From Candidatus Babeliales bacterium (GTDB lineage: Bacteria; Babelota; Babeliae; Babelales; JANWKD01), in contig CAVXJH010000003.1 in assembly GCA_963762115.1 (NCBI GenBank), positions 1 through 64,000 on the forward strand: a stretch of DNA of 64,000 bases, given 5' to 3'. Position numbers and translations under genes: made by a program. Positions 50,863-59,922 of the stretch are shown here, one piece after another (the first letter of the stretch is position 1; every line of letters starts with the position of its first letter). A model generated the notes under the pieces. The model was not told where the DNA came from. It did not search any database and saw only the letters and a program-made list of their open reading frames with translations.

Positions 50863-51686
50863 AGAAGATAGGATTACATTTACGTCTTGCGACTAATTTT
50901 ATTGATTTAATTCATCAAGCGCTACGCTTAAATATGTCGTTTTTTCAGTGTTTTTTATTAGATCCAAAAAAAAATAATAAAGCTGATACTATGATGCTTG
51001 ATGAGCGAAAAGCATGTAAAAAGTTGTTGCAGCTTCACCAAGTAAAAGGGTATGTGCATGCATCATATGCCATTAATCTTGCAAGCGGTGTTAGTAATGC
51101 GGGTCTTCATTTTTTAAAAAAAGAGCTGCTTATGGCAAAACAATGTGGCTTTTCAGAAATTGTTTTGCATCCTGGCTCTGCAACAGGATGCGCTGATCGC
51201 TTACAAGGAATTGATAATCTTGTACGGCGTTTGAATATGCTTCTTAAAAATGAAAAATCCATAAAAATAATTCTTGAAAATGCTGCATTTGGTGCTAATT
51301 CGATTGGTGGAGACTTGCAAGATTTCAAACTTGTTCGTTCAAAACTTGACCAACCTGAAAAGGTTGGTTTTTGCATTGATACGGCACATGCCTATGCGTA
51401 TGGTTATGACATTGCCGATGAACAGGAACAGGAATTGTTTATTGATCTTATTGGGCAAACGATAGGTTTTGATGCTCTTTCATTAATTCATTTAAATGAT
51501 ACCAAGGAATTATTGAGTAGTAAGCGAGATCGTCATGATATAATTGGTAATGGCGTGATAGGGGCACATTATTTGAAGCGTTTTATGCATCATGAAAAAT
51601 TGGCATCAATTCCTGTGCTGCTTGAATTACCTTCTTTGCCTGAAGATGAACAAAAAGCTATACTTCATACCGTTAATTCTTGGTAA
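50859..51686 (+). CDS. nfo: Endonuclease IV
   Basis: VHASYAINLAS, VLHPGS, ILENAA, CIDTAHAYA, HLND, DRHD.IG.G. Confidence 0.92.
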   Translation: MKKIGLHLRLATNFIDLIHQALRLNMSFFQCFLLDPKKNNKADTMMLDERKACKKLLQLHQVKGYVHASYAINLASGVSNAGLHFLKKELLMAKQCGFSEIVLHPGSATGCADRLQGIDNLVRRLNMLLKNEKSIKIILENAAFGANSIGGDLQDFKLVRSKLDQPEKVGFCIDTAHAYAYGYDIADEQEQELFIDLIGQTIGFDALSLIHLNDTKELLSSKRDRHDIIGNGVIGAHYLKRFMHHEKLASIPVLLELPSLPEDEQKAILHTVNSW

Positions 51687-51707
51687 CAAAAGAACTATAA
51701 AATAAGG

Positions 51708-52712
51708 ATGCGTATGCGTATTGCAATAAATGGTTTTGGGCGAATTGGCAAAAATTTTTTAAGAACAATTTTGCAAGATAAACAAGCATTAAAAAAAATT
51801 GAAGTAGCTGCCATTAACATTGGCCCGGCTGATAAAAAGCTTGTGGCCCATCAACTCAAATATGACACACTCATGGGCACTTATTCGGGAAAGGTTGCTC
51901 TAGAGGGCGATTATTTGATGGTAGATTCATTAAAAATTCTTATTTTAGCTGAGGCTAACGCCGAACTATTGCCTTGGAAAAAACTTGGTATTGATTGGGT
52001 GGTTGATTGCTCAGGGCATTATACAAAGCGCGAAAAAGCTGCACAGCACTTGAAATCCGGTGCACAAAAAGTACTTATCTCAGCGCCAGCTCACGGTGAT
52101 GATGTGACTATTATTCCTGGGGTAAATGGTGGTTCTTATGATGCTGCAAAACATGCAATTGTTTCTTTGGGTAGTTGTACCACCAATGCTTTCTTGCCAA
52201 TGCTCAAGGTGTTAGATGATGCAGTTGGTCTCAAAAAAATATTTATGACAACAACGCATGCTTATACAAATACTCAAGTATTACTTGATGTTGATATTGG
52301 CGATGCTCGTCGTTCACGTGCTGCTGCACTTAATATTGTGCCTTCTACAACCGGTGCAACGTCAACCGTTGGCAAGGTGTTACCTCATTTGGCTGACATT
52401 GTACAAGGCATGTCAGTTCGTGTTCCGGTGGCAAAAGTTTCGTTACTTGATATAACTTTTGAAGCAAAAAAAGAAGTTTCTGTTGATTTGCTTAATAAAG
52501 CTTTTGAGCAAACTGCATCGACAACAATGCGCGGCATTTTGACAACAACTAAAGAAGAATTAGTTTCTTCTGATTTTGGCGGTAATCCGCATTCAGTTAT
52601 TGTTGATGAAACATTAACGCAAGCAATGGGCACCATGGGAAAAGTTTTTGGGTGGTATGATAATGAATGGGGTTATAGTGAACGCATGAAGGATTTTTTG
52701 TTGATGTTATAA
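51708..52712 (+). CDS. gap: Glyceraldehyde-3-phosphate dehydrogenase, type I
   Basis: AINGFGRIG, GSCTTN, NIVPSTTGA, WYDNEWGYS. Confidence 0.96.
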   Translation: MRMRIAINGFGRIGKNFLRTILQDKQALKKIEVAAINIGPADKKLVAHQLKYDTLMGTYSGKVALEGDYLMVDSLKILILAEANAELLPWKKLGIDWVVDCSGHYTKREKAAQHLKSGAQKVLISAPAHGDDVTIIPGVNGGSYDAAKHAIVSLGSCTTNAFLPMLKVLDDAVGLKKIFMTTTHAYTNTQVLLDVDIGDARRSRAAALNIVPSTTGATSTVGKVLPHLADIVQGMSVRVPVAKVSLLDITFEAKKEVSVDLLNKAFEQTASTTMRGILTTTKEELVSSDFGGNPHSVIVDETLTQAMGTMGKVFGWYDNEWGYSERMKDFLLML

Positions 52713-52865
52713 AGTAATCGTCGCTTTTTTAGAGAAGCAGTTTATTTTTTTAATGCCATGTACAACAAAATCACACAATCTACTTCACAACTGTCCTTTT
52801 TTGCTTTAATCTATAAACGTGATTTTTTTGAATGTCCTTTCTGATTATAGACACTAAAAAATCGT

Positions 52866-52942
52866 GGGCCCATAGCTCAGTCGGTTAGAGCAGTCGGCTC
52901 ATAACCGAAAGGTCCCTGGTTCGAGTCCAGGTGGGCCCACCA
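52866..52942 (+). tRNA. tRNA with CAT anticodon, most likely tRNA-Ile2 (lysidine)
   Basis: GGGCCCA/TGGGCCC acceptor stem, loop CTCATAA, GGTTCGAGTCC, CCA. Paired 1-72 and lack of three consecutive G-C anticodon-stem pairs exclude the initiator; C4-G69/C5-G68 favour Ile2 over elongator Met. Confidence 0.9.
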
Positions 52943-52973
52943 GCTTTCATTTTTAGCAACAGAAAGGCTTGTA

Positions 52974-53678
52974 GTGAGCGAATTTCCCTTCCAAAAATTT
53001 ATTAAGCTTGTTGCATTTGATCAAGGCCTTAGGGCGCTTGAACAACAACTTGCAACAATTGTTTCAGAAATGCATGTTCATGAGGCTGAGGTTGAAAAAC
53101 TTTCAGGCGAGCTAGAAGTTGCAAAAAGGCATAAAGATGCCATGCAGCGAGAAGTTGATCGTCAGGAACATGAAATGGCTGCTTTGCAAAAAAAACAACA
53201 AGAAAAAGAACGTCTGCTCGATAAAACAGTTAATGCACGCGAAAGTCAGTCAATTTATCACGAAATTGCTTTAATTAAGCAAGAGCAATTTGATTTTGAA
53301 GAAAACTTGTTACAAGCATGGCATAAATTGGAAGGCAGTTTGCGTGATTATGCAGCGTTAAAACAAGATTTGGAAAATCGCCTTGCTGCTTTGCAAGAAA
53401 AAATAGCACACAACAAACAACAACAAGAAGTTATTAATCAGGCACTTGTTGAACAGCAAGAAAAACGCCTAGAACAAGAGCAAGGCATTCCTTTAGAATG
53501 GCTCGAAAGATATGCATTAATGCGTCGCACTGTTGCCAATCCTGTGGTGCCGGCTGTTGGAAATAGTTGTGGTGGTTGCTTTTATCAAATAATTGCGCAA
53601 GATTTGGTTAGATTGCGTCATAATGCTTTGTTGCAATGTAAAAATTGTTATCGTTTTCTTTATATGGAAACTATATGA
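52974..53678 (+). CDS. Coiled-coil + C4 zinc-ribbon protein (DUF164/HP0958/CdsZ-like)
   Basis: Long coiled coil then SCGGCF..LQCKNCYRFLY. Confidence 0.88.
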   Translation: MSEFPFQKFIKLVAFDQGLRALEQQLATIVSEMHVHEAEVEKLSGELEVAKRHKDAMQREVDRQEHEMAALQKKQQEKERLLDKTVNARESQSIYHEIALIKQEQFDFEENLLQAWHKLEGSLRDYAALKQDLENRLAALQEKIAHNKQQQEVINQALVEQQEKRLEQEQGIPLEWLERYALMRRTVANPVVPAVGNSCGGCFYQIIAQDLVRLRHNALLQCKNCYRFLYMETI

Positions 53679-54193
53679 AACAAATGAGCTTTTTACATGA
53701 TATTTCTCAAACGCCAGTTGTTCCAGAACCATTATTAGTGGTTACTTGGAAATTGTTTATTGATGGTGCATCGCGCAAAAACCCTGGTAATGCAGGAGCC
53801 GGTGTTTACCTTATGAAAAACGATGAAATAGTCTTTAGAAAAGGATTTTTTCTTGGCTGTAAAACCAATAATCAAGCTGAATATTTAGCGTTGTTGTTGG
53901 GCATATTTTATGCTAAAAAACATGTTCAATCCAAAGATTTACTCACCATATTTTCTGATTCAGAATTATTGGTAAAGCATATGAAGGGTGAGTATAAAAT
54001 ACGAAATGCAGAATTAAAACTGTTGTTTGATTTTGCCTTCGTTTTACTCGATGGATTACATTATTCTTTTTGTCATGTATTACGTGAATATAATGTTCAT
54101 GCAGATGCTTTAGCAAATGAAGGTATTGATAAAAAAATTAAAATTCCTCAGGAGTTTTTTACCTTATTACATGCTCATGGCATTCAAATTTAA
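53675..54193 (+). CDS. rnhA: Ribonuclease HI family protein
   Basis: LFIDGASRKNPGNAGAG, TNNQAEY, SDSELLV, REYNVHADALAN; likely start is the ATG at 53675. Confidence 0.92.
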   Translation: MKQMSFLHDISQTPVVPEPLLVVTWKLFIDGASRKNPGNAGAGVYLMKNDEIVFRKGFFLGCKTNNQAEYLALLLGIFYAKKHVQSKDLLTIFSDSELLVKHMKGEYKIRNAELKLLFDFAFVLLDGLHYSFCHVLREYNVHADALANEGIDKKIKIPQEFFTLLHAHGIQI

Positions 54194-55475
54194 GCGGTTC
54201 TTTTCTTTACCATTAATTCTTTTTTTATGCATTTCACTTAATGTCACTAAATTGCATTCAATTTCAAAAGGTTCTTCTCGATGGTACAATGGGGTTCAAT
54301 TTCTTAAGAATTTGTTTAAAAGACCGACGTTGCACCAAAAATCAACAAAAATTATACCTCTACACAAAATACAACACTATGAACTTGCTGGCACGAAAAA
54401 AACTGTTTCATATTCTATACGCGTTCTTCTTAACGAGAAAAAAAATAATGATGCGTGGGTGCTAGGTTGTGCAAAAGGATTTGTTTTAACCAATGTGCAA
54501 TCTAATTGCAAAAAGCGTTATGCCGAATCATCGTTAAAAATAAGCTTTAAAAATGGCAATCTTATGGTTAATGGCATGAGAATATCCGAAAAACAGATTA
54601 AAATTGATGCTGGCACTGATCATCTCACCTATGAAAATCATGACTACCAAGGATCATTGCTGCTCGTTGTGGAGCAAGGCCATTGTTATGTGATTAACCA
54701 AATTAATTTAGAAGATTATATTTATTCGGTGTTGCGATCTGAGAGTTGGCCGGGTTGGCCATTAGAAGTAAATAAAGCATTTGCTATTGCTTCACGAAGT
54801 TATGCGATGGTAAAATATCTGGAGGGTGTGAAAGGTAAAAAGCCCTATCACATAAAAAATACCAATGCTCATCAAACTTATAATGGATTTCATACAAACA
54901 AGCTTTTGAAGCAAGCGGTTGAAGAAACAACAGGCTTAATTTTAACGCACAATAAAAAACCGATTATTGCCATGTTCGATTGTTGTTGTGGCGATGTTAT
55001 TCCCGCTCATTTAAATACGATTGATTTTAAAAAAGCTCCTTATTTGGCGCGTAAAGTTCCTTGTACTTTTTGCAAATCGAGTAAAATATATCAATGGAAA
55101 TTAGAATTTGATGTTGATGAATTTCAAAAACTTTTACATGTTTCTGGTTATATGGTTAAACAAATAAGAGACATATATGTTGCCAAAAAAGATAAAGCGG
55201 GAGCGGTTGAAGAAATAATTATAAAAGATCACGATAAGAAGCATATTCTCACGGGCAAACAATTTTATGCGATGGTGAGTAAAGTTAAGAGCTTTTGCTA
55301 TTCTGTGTCGAAAAAAGGAAAAAAAATTCACATTGCAGGAAAAGGGTATGGGCATCATTTGGGTATTTGCCAATGGGGTGCGCGTAATATGATTAATCAC
55401 GGTTGGAATTATCAATCCATTTTAGGTTTTTATTATCCTGGAACAACATTTATGAAGTTAACACCACACGCTTAA
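54171..55475 (+). CDS. SpoIID/LytB domain lytic transglycosylase-like protein
   Basis: INQINLEDYIYSVLRSE, KAFAIASRSYA, GKGYGHHLGICQWGA, ILGFYYPG; start uncertain. Confidence 0.9.
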   Translation: MLMAFKFKRFFSLPLILFLCISLNVTKLHSISKGSSRWYNGVQFLKNLFKRPTLHQKSTKIIPLHKIQHYELAGTKKTVSYSIRVLLNEKKNNDAWVLGCAKGFVLTNVQSNCKKRYAESSLKISFKNGNLMVNGMRISEKQIKIDAGTDHLTYENHDYQGSLLLVVEQGHCYVINQINLEDYIYSVLRSESWPGWPLEVNKAFAIASRSYAMVKYLEGVKGKKPYHIKNTNAHQTYNGFHTNKLLKQAVEETTGLILTHNKKPIIAMFDCCCGDVIPAHLNTIDFKKAPYLARKVPCTFCKSSKIYQWKLEFDVDEFQKLLHVSGYMVKQIRDIYVAKKDKAGAVEEIIIKDHDKKHILTGKQFYAMVSKVKSFCYSVSKKGKKIHIAGKGYGHHLGICQWGARNMINHGWNYQSILGFYYPGTTFMKLTPHA

Positions 55476-55493
55476 TAATAAAGGAATAGCGGC

Positions 55494-55958
55494 ATGCCAA
55501 ATTATAAAGGACATTTACTAGGCGGTTTTATTGTATTTATGGTAACGATGCTCTTAGTATATAGTCGTTATCATGTTTCATTGTTTACTGGTCTTGAATG
55601 GGGTTTATGCACTTTATTAGGCGCTCTTTTTCCTGATATTGATACAAAAAGCAAGGGTCAAAAGCTTTTTTATCGATTGCTTTTTATTGTTTTGATTTTT
55701 CTGATTTTTCAACAAAAGTTCCAAGTGGCAGTTTTCATCTGTTTAGCGGGTTTTATACCCCTTTTGGTTAATCATCGTGGCTTATGTCACAACATCCTCT
55801 TCATTCTTTCAATTCCCCTCCTGTTTTCATGGTATTTCTTCTTGTTTTTACCTCATTATAGCCTTCTAATCTTGGGCGATTTGCTCTTTTTTACCCTGGG
55901 TGCCATTTCTCATCTTTGGCTAGATAAAGGCCTTGTTCGCATGTTAAAAGCCTGGTAA
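55494..55958 (+). CDS. Membrane-bound metal-dependent hydrolase (YdjM-like)
   Basis: YKGH, GALFPDID, HRGLCHN, SHLWLD. Confidence 0.88.
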   Translation: MPNYKGHLLGGFIVFMVTMLLVYSRYHVSLFTGLEWGLCTLLGALFPDIDTKSKGQKLFYRLLFIVLIFLIFQQKFQVAVFICLAGFIPLLVNHRGLCHNILFILSIPLLFSWYFFLFLPHYSLLILGDLLFFTLGAISHLWLDKGLVRMLKAW

Positions 55959-55960
55959 AA
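55878..55960 (+). repeat. 83-bp direct repeat, left copy (3' end of the hydrolase gene)
   Basis: 6 mismatches to 57311-57393 by hand alignment. Confidence 0.95.
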
Positions 55961-56080
55961 GTCCTAAATTCACCCCCTTTTGCCCTTATTTTAATAAAGT
56001 ATATAATTAAATATTATTATATAATAAGGATAATATTAATTAATATTACAAATAAACAATTAATTCAATATGGGGGCGTT

Positions 56081-57310
56081 ATGAATTTTTCTATCAAAAA
56101 AACCTTTTGTATTTCTGCTTTACTCTTTTTTGGTGCCTTTTACTCTACCTCTTACTCAGCAAAACCTGAAAGCAAAACCAAAACGTCTGATCCTGTTTTT
56201 TTGCCAACATTAAGTAATCTTAATACCACAACATTCACTATGTTGTCTGAAAAAGATGATCTTTTGCCCGTCAAGGCAATTTCTGAAGTAGTAACTTCGA
56301 TTCATTTTAACTATGAAAAAATGGAACAAATCAATCAAATTGCTCTAAAGAATAAAAATAAATCATTGCGCGCCTATTATACAATTACTAAAGGAATTGA
56401 TTGCCCACAAAAATCAAAGCCTACTTTTATTACCCTTCTTTCAAGAGGATACGCAGATGCGGTTGCTCCTCTGTCGCTTTTACCCCCAAAAAGCTATTTC
56501 AAGCATATGGTTGATTTTATATGTCCTGATTTTAAAGATGCAGGCTCATTACCAAGAAAAGGTGGTGGCGTTTTGAGTACTTATACGGCTTATAGGGATA
56601 ATCTTATTCAAACACCATGCGTTAATTTTGATTATCCTGATACCGATGAGCTTGCAAATTTTGCTCAGCAATTAGATCTCAATTGTTTAAATACAGTTTT
56701 TGAAAATATACCACAGGGCTATACCACTATTGGCTTGGGAACAAGTCGAGGCGCTGTAACATTGCTCAAACGGGAATTAATGAATGAAGGAAAAAACCGT
56801 CCCTGTGCATTAGTTCTTGAATCTCCAATTCTTTCGATTACTGATGTTGCTTCTCAAATTGCGAAAAAATTTGTGTGGAATTTACCCCTCATGCCATCAC
56901 TTGCATATTATACCTTTTGTTTGATTAATCCTGGATTTGATCCCAAAGAAGACAACCTAGAAAATATGCTTGCAACAAAGAAAATTTCCCCCGATTTACC
57001 GATACTATTCGTTCATTTAAAAAATGATCCTACTCTATCTGATAAAGCAATGTTTACTATGGTAAAAGCTCTTGCTTGTTATAATCCTAATATTCATCTT
57101 TTAGTTCTTAACGATACAACAAAGACTGCTCATCACGGCGAGCTACATCACATTGAAGCATTCCAGCACGTTGCTAACACCTTTTATCGTTCTTACAATC
57201 TGCCACACAATGCATTATTAGCTGATAAGGGTGAAAAGTTTTTTGAGATTGCAAAAGAAAACGTATATAAAGCTGCTTCACCAAAAAATTGGCGCCTTGT
57301 TTCGTGTTAA
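56081..57310 (+). CDS. Secreted alpha/beta-hydrolase
   Basis: Signal peptide; GLGTSRGA nucleophile elbow, LVLESP, ILFVHLKND, HHGELH. Confidence 0.8.
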   Translation: MNFSIKKTFCISALLFFGAFYSTSYSAKPESKTKTSDPVFLPTLSNLNTTTFTMLSEKDDLLPVKAISEVVTSIHFNYEKMEQINQIALKNKNKSLRAYYTITKGIDCPQKSKPTFITLLSRGYADAVAPLSLLPPKSYFKHMVDFICPDFKDAGSLPRKGGGVLSTYTAYRDNLIQTPCVNFDYPDTDELANFAQQLDLNCLNTVFENIPQGYTTIGLGTSRGAVTLLKRELMNEGKNRPCALVLESPILSITDVASQIAKKFVWNLPLMPSLAYYTFCLINPGFDPKEDNLENMLATKKISPDLPILFVHLKNDPTLSDKAMFTMVKALACYNPNIHLLVLNDTTKTAHHGELHHIEAFQHVANTFYRSYNLPHNALLADKGEKFFEIAKENVYKAASPKNWRLVSC

Positions 57311-57393
57311 GATTGGCTCTTTTTTACCCTAGGTGCCATTTCTCATCTTTGATTAGATAAAGGCCTTGTTCGTATGTTAAAAGCTTGGTAAAA
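57311..57393 (+). repeat. 83-bp direct repeat, right copy (decayed; TGG changed to TGA)
   Basis: Begins immediately after the stop codon of 56081-57310. Confidence 0.95.
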
Positions 57394-57438
57394 CACCTTA
57401 AATCTGTTATTAATTCAATCATTTATTTCAAATAGAAA

Positions 57439-57466
57439 TTGACTTTATTATTTTTTTCTATAAAAT
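57439..57466 (+). promoter_or_regulatory. Sigma70-type promoter
   Basis: TTGACT-16nt-TAAAAT; conserved in the paralogous upstream region. Confidence 0.65.
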
Positions 57467-57509
57467 TAGTTATATGGCTAACAATTTTATAGAATTTAAA
57501 GGAGTTTTT

Positions 57510-59825
57510 ATGGTGAATAAAAAGACAATATTTTTAGGTGTTTTTGCCGTTTTTGCAATGTTTTTACCTTTGAAGGGTATGGAAGAACGCGGCTCAAAAA
57601 GAAGCTTTGAGCAGGCAAATTCTCAAAAAGAAGAAAAATCTGAAAAGTATAAAAAAGTTAGAACAGAAGCTAATGAGCATGAAGAGTATGTTATTTTGAA
57701 AACATTTGATGGACAAGAAATTCAACTGTTAGCAAAATATGCTCGTTGCTCACAAACACTTTGTTATTATATGGATGCTCCTGAATTTAATTGTTTAGAG
57801 CCAATTTCTTTGTCATATAATTCGGCATTTACTAAAGAAAATTTAGAGTATATAAAAAAGTTATTACTATGTATTTATAACGATAATCAAGATCTTGAGA
57901 TTGATACTGAGTTATTTGTATCAATACTAAAAAGATTGCGTGCGTCTACAGAAGAAGCACAACAATTACATGATATTAATGCTTTTTTAGATTTGGATAA
58001 ACAGTTAACTCGCTTAGTTGCAAAACAAGATAAACCGCCTAAGGGACTTTTTTATTTTTTTGCTGAAGATGGGCAAAAAATAGCAATTGCTAAAGATATT
58101 TTAAAACAATATTCCTATTTTTTTAGGTTGATTAATGCTGGTATGCGAGAATCATGCTCGAAGCAACTTTATACGAATCTTCCTTATCTTGATTTGAAGC
58201 TTTTGATTACTTTATTAAATTATTTTCATTCATATAAACAAGAGATTGCATCATTATTACAAAACGTTGAGGTGAGTGAGGACAAAAAAAGAGAATTACC
58301 AGTTTGCTTGGTGAATGCTATTTGTGCAAAAGTAGAAGAATTATTTGTTGATGATAAGAATGCAATATTGGAAATTATTCAACAAGCCCACCAATGGGAA
58401 CTACATGATGTAGTTAAAGGTTTGATGAAATTTCTTTTAAAAAGGGCATTTGATGAAGACATAGGCGATTTTATGGTAAAACTTTCCCATGAGTATTGCG
58501 ATGATTTTTTTTCCTCTGAAGTAATTAATAAAAAAAATGTTGTAAATGTAGCAAGCATATTTATAAAAAAACTACATGAGCAATTATTAAAAACAGCTTC
58601 GCAAGATGAAAAAGAAACGGGTTGTGAAGTATCGGAAAGTTTTTTAAGAGACACTGCCTTTAAGGGATTAACTTTATTTGTAGATTATTTTAAAAAAGAA
58701 CCTCTAGAAATTGATGCTCTTATACATTTACTTCGCAGTGAATTAGATTTCTTTATTGATAATTATGAAAAAATTATGAGTACCTTAGAAATGTATAATA
58801 AAGATATGGTTGCACCGTTGAATGGTTTCATGAAATCTATTTTAGCTTATTCAATGCGAGGGATACATCAAGCTTTTTACACCAGTGATGGAAGACAATC
58901 GATTGTGGGATTTTTATCGGGAAATCGTTGTATTGTTGCAAATAGTCGCATGGATAATCTTTATGTTTTTAATTATCTAACACGGCAAATAGTTTTAGAA
59001 GATGTTTGCCCAAAAAATGTGCTTGGCTCTGCAACTAATGGAAAAAATGTATGTGTTCAACACAATGATGATACACTTAAAATAATAAAATTTGATGAAA
59101 ACGAATTAAAAATTTCTGATTTTGCAATGCCCGATGTACGAATAATAACAGTGTTAGATGATTATATTGTTGTACAGGATAAACCTCATAATAAGCTTTA
59201 TATTCTGGATGATGGTGGCAAAGAAAAATATTCTTTTGATTTTGATGGAAATAATAGAATTGCAGACTGTCTTTTGCTTAATGAAAATACTTTAATTTTG
59301 TTATTTGATTGTTATATTGCGCAAGTGGATTTTGAGCAAGGTAAAATTTCTATTATTTATAAAAATTTAGAAAATTGTCCGATTGTCCGCGCTGTACGCT
59401 TGAGTGAAGAAAAGTTCATTGTTGGTTATGGTAATGGAAAATTATCAATTTTTAATACTAAGGGTTTTATTGAAGATATTAAATCAAATGATGTCATCGT
59501 GGGTGCTTATAATAATAGTATGATATTATATGTCTTTTTAAATATTTTTATGAATATTGACGGTAATTTTCTTATACAAGCTGTATCGAAGGATGGTCTT
59601 AATGAAGAAGTTAGCTGTTGGGAAACAAGTTCAAGGAAGCATATAGATCAATATTCTTTTCCTAAAAAAGCTCTCTTAAAGGGGGTTCAGGGTGGCTATC
59701 TTGTATTTTTGAGAATGAGCCTTGGAGAATCTGAATGGATTATTCAATTTTCACCTTTAATTGCAACAACCCAAGAGATTGTTGAGCATTTACGAAGATG
59801 TAGTTTTAAGTTTTTATATCAATAA
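57510..59825 (+). CDS. Secreted NLS + Skp1/BTB-like (x2) + beta-propeller protein, paralogue 1
   Basis: AAGGAG RBS; signal peptide ending LKG-MEE; KRSFEQ..KYKKVR; YVILKTFDGQEIQL..ARCSQTL; AEDGQKIAIAKDILKQYSYFFRLINAGMRES; FIVGYGNGKLSIFN. Confidence 0.8.
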   Translation: MVNKKTIFLGVFAVFAMFLPLKGMEERGSKRSFEQANSQKEEKSEKYKKVRTEANEHEEYVILKTFDGQEIQLLAKYARCSQTLCYYMDAPEFNCLEPISLSYNSAFTKENLEYIKKLLLCIYNDNQDLEIDTELFVSILKRLRASTEEAQQLHDINAFLDLDKQLTRLVAKQDKPPKGLFYFFAEDGQKIAIAKDILKQYSYFFRLINAGMRESCSKQLYTNLPYLDLKLLITLLNYFHSYKQEIASLLQNVEVSEDKKRELPVCLVNAICAKVEELFVDDKNAILEIIQQAHQWELHDVVKGLMKFLLKRAFDEDIGDFMVKLSHEYCDDFFSSEVINKKNVVNVASIFIKKLHEQLLKTASQDEKETGCEVSESFLRDTAFKGLTLFVDYFKKEPLEIDALIHLLRSELDFFIDNYEKIMSTLEMYNKDMVAPLNGFMKSILAYSMRGIHQAFYTSDGRQSIVGFLSGNRCIVANSRMDNLYVFNYLTRQIVLEDVCPKNVLGSATNGKNVCVQHNDDTLKIIKFDENELKISDFAMPDVRIITVLDDYIVVQDKPHNKLYILDDGGKEKYSFDFDGNNRIADCLLLNENTLILLFDCYIAQVDFEQGKISIIYKNLENCPIVRAVRLSEEKFIVGYGNGKLSIFNTKGFIEDIKSNDVIVGAYNNSMILYVFLNIFMNIDGNFLIQAVSKDGLNEEVSCWETSSRKHIDQYSFPKKALLKGVQGGYLVFLRMSLGESEWIIQFSPLIATTQEIVEHLRRCSFKFLYQ

Positions 59826-59849
59826 AATATTGTTTATTTCAAATAGAAA

Positions 59850-59877
59850 TTGACTTTTTTGTTTTTTTCTATAGAAT
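59850..59877 (+). promoter_or_regulatory. Sigma70-type promoter (duplicated with the gene)
   Basis: TTGACT-16nt-TAGAAT within a block shared with 57422-57470. Confidence 0.65.
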
Positions 59878-59922
59878 TAGTAATATAGTTATTATTTTAC
59901 GTATTTAAAGGAGTTTTTTATA

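Noticed and set aside
55878..57393. Repeat pair as DGR template/variable repeats
   Set aside because: Mismatches are not adenine-specific and no reverse transcriptase is present in the window.
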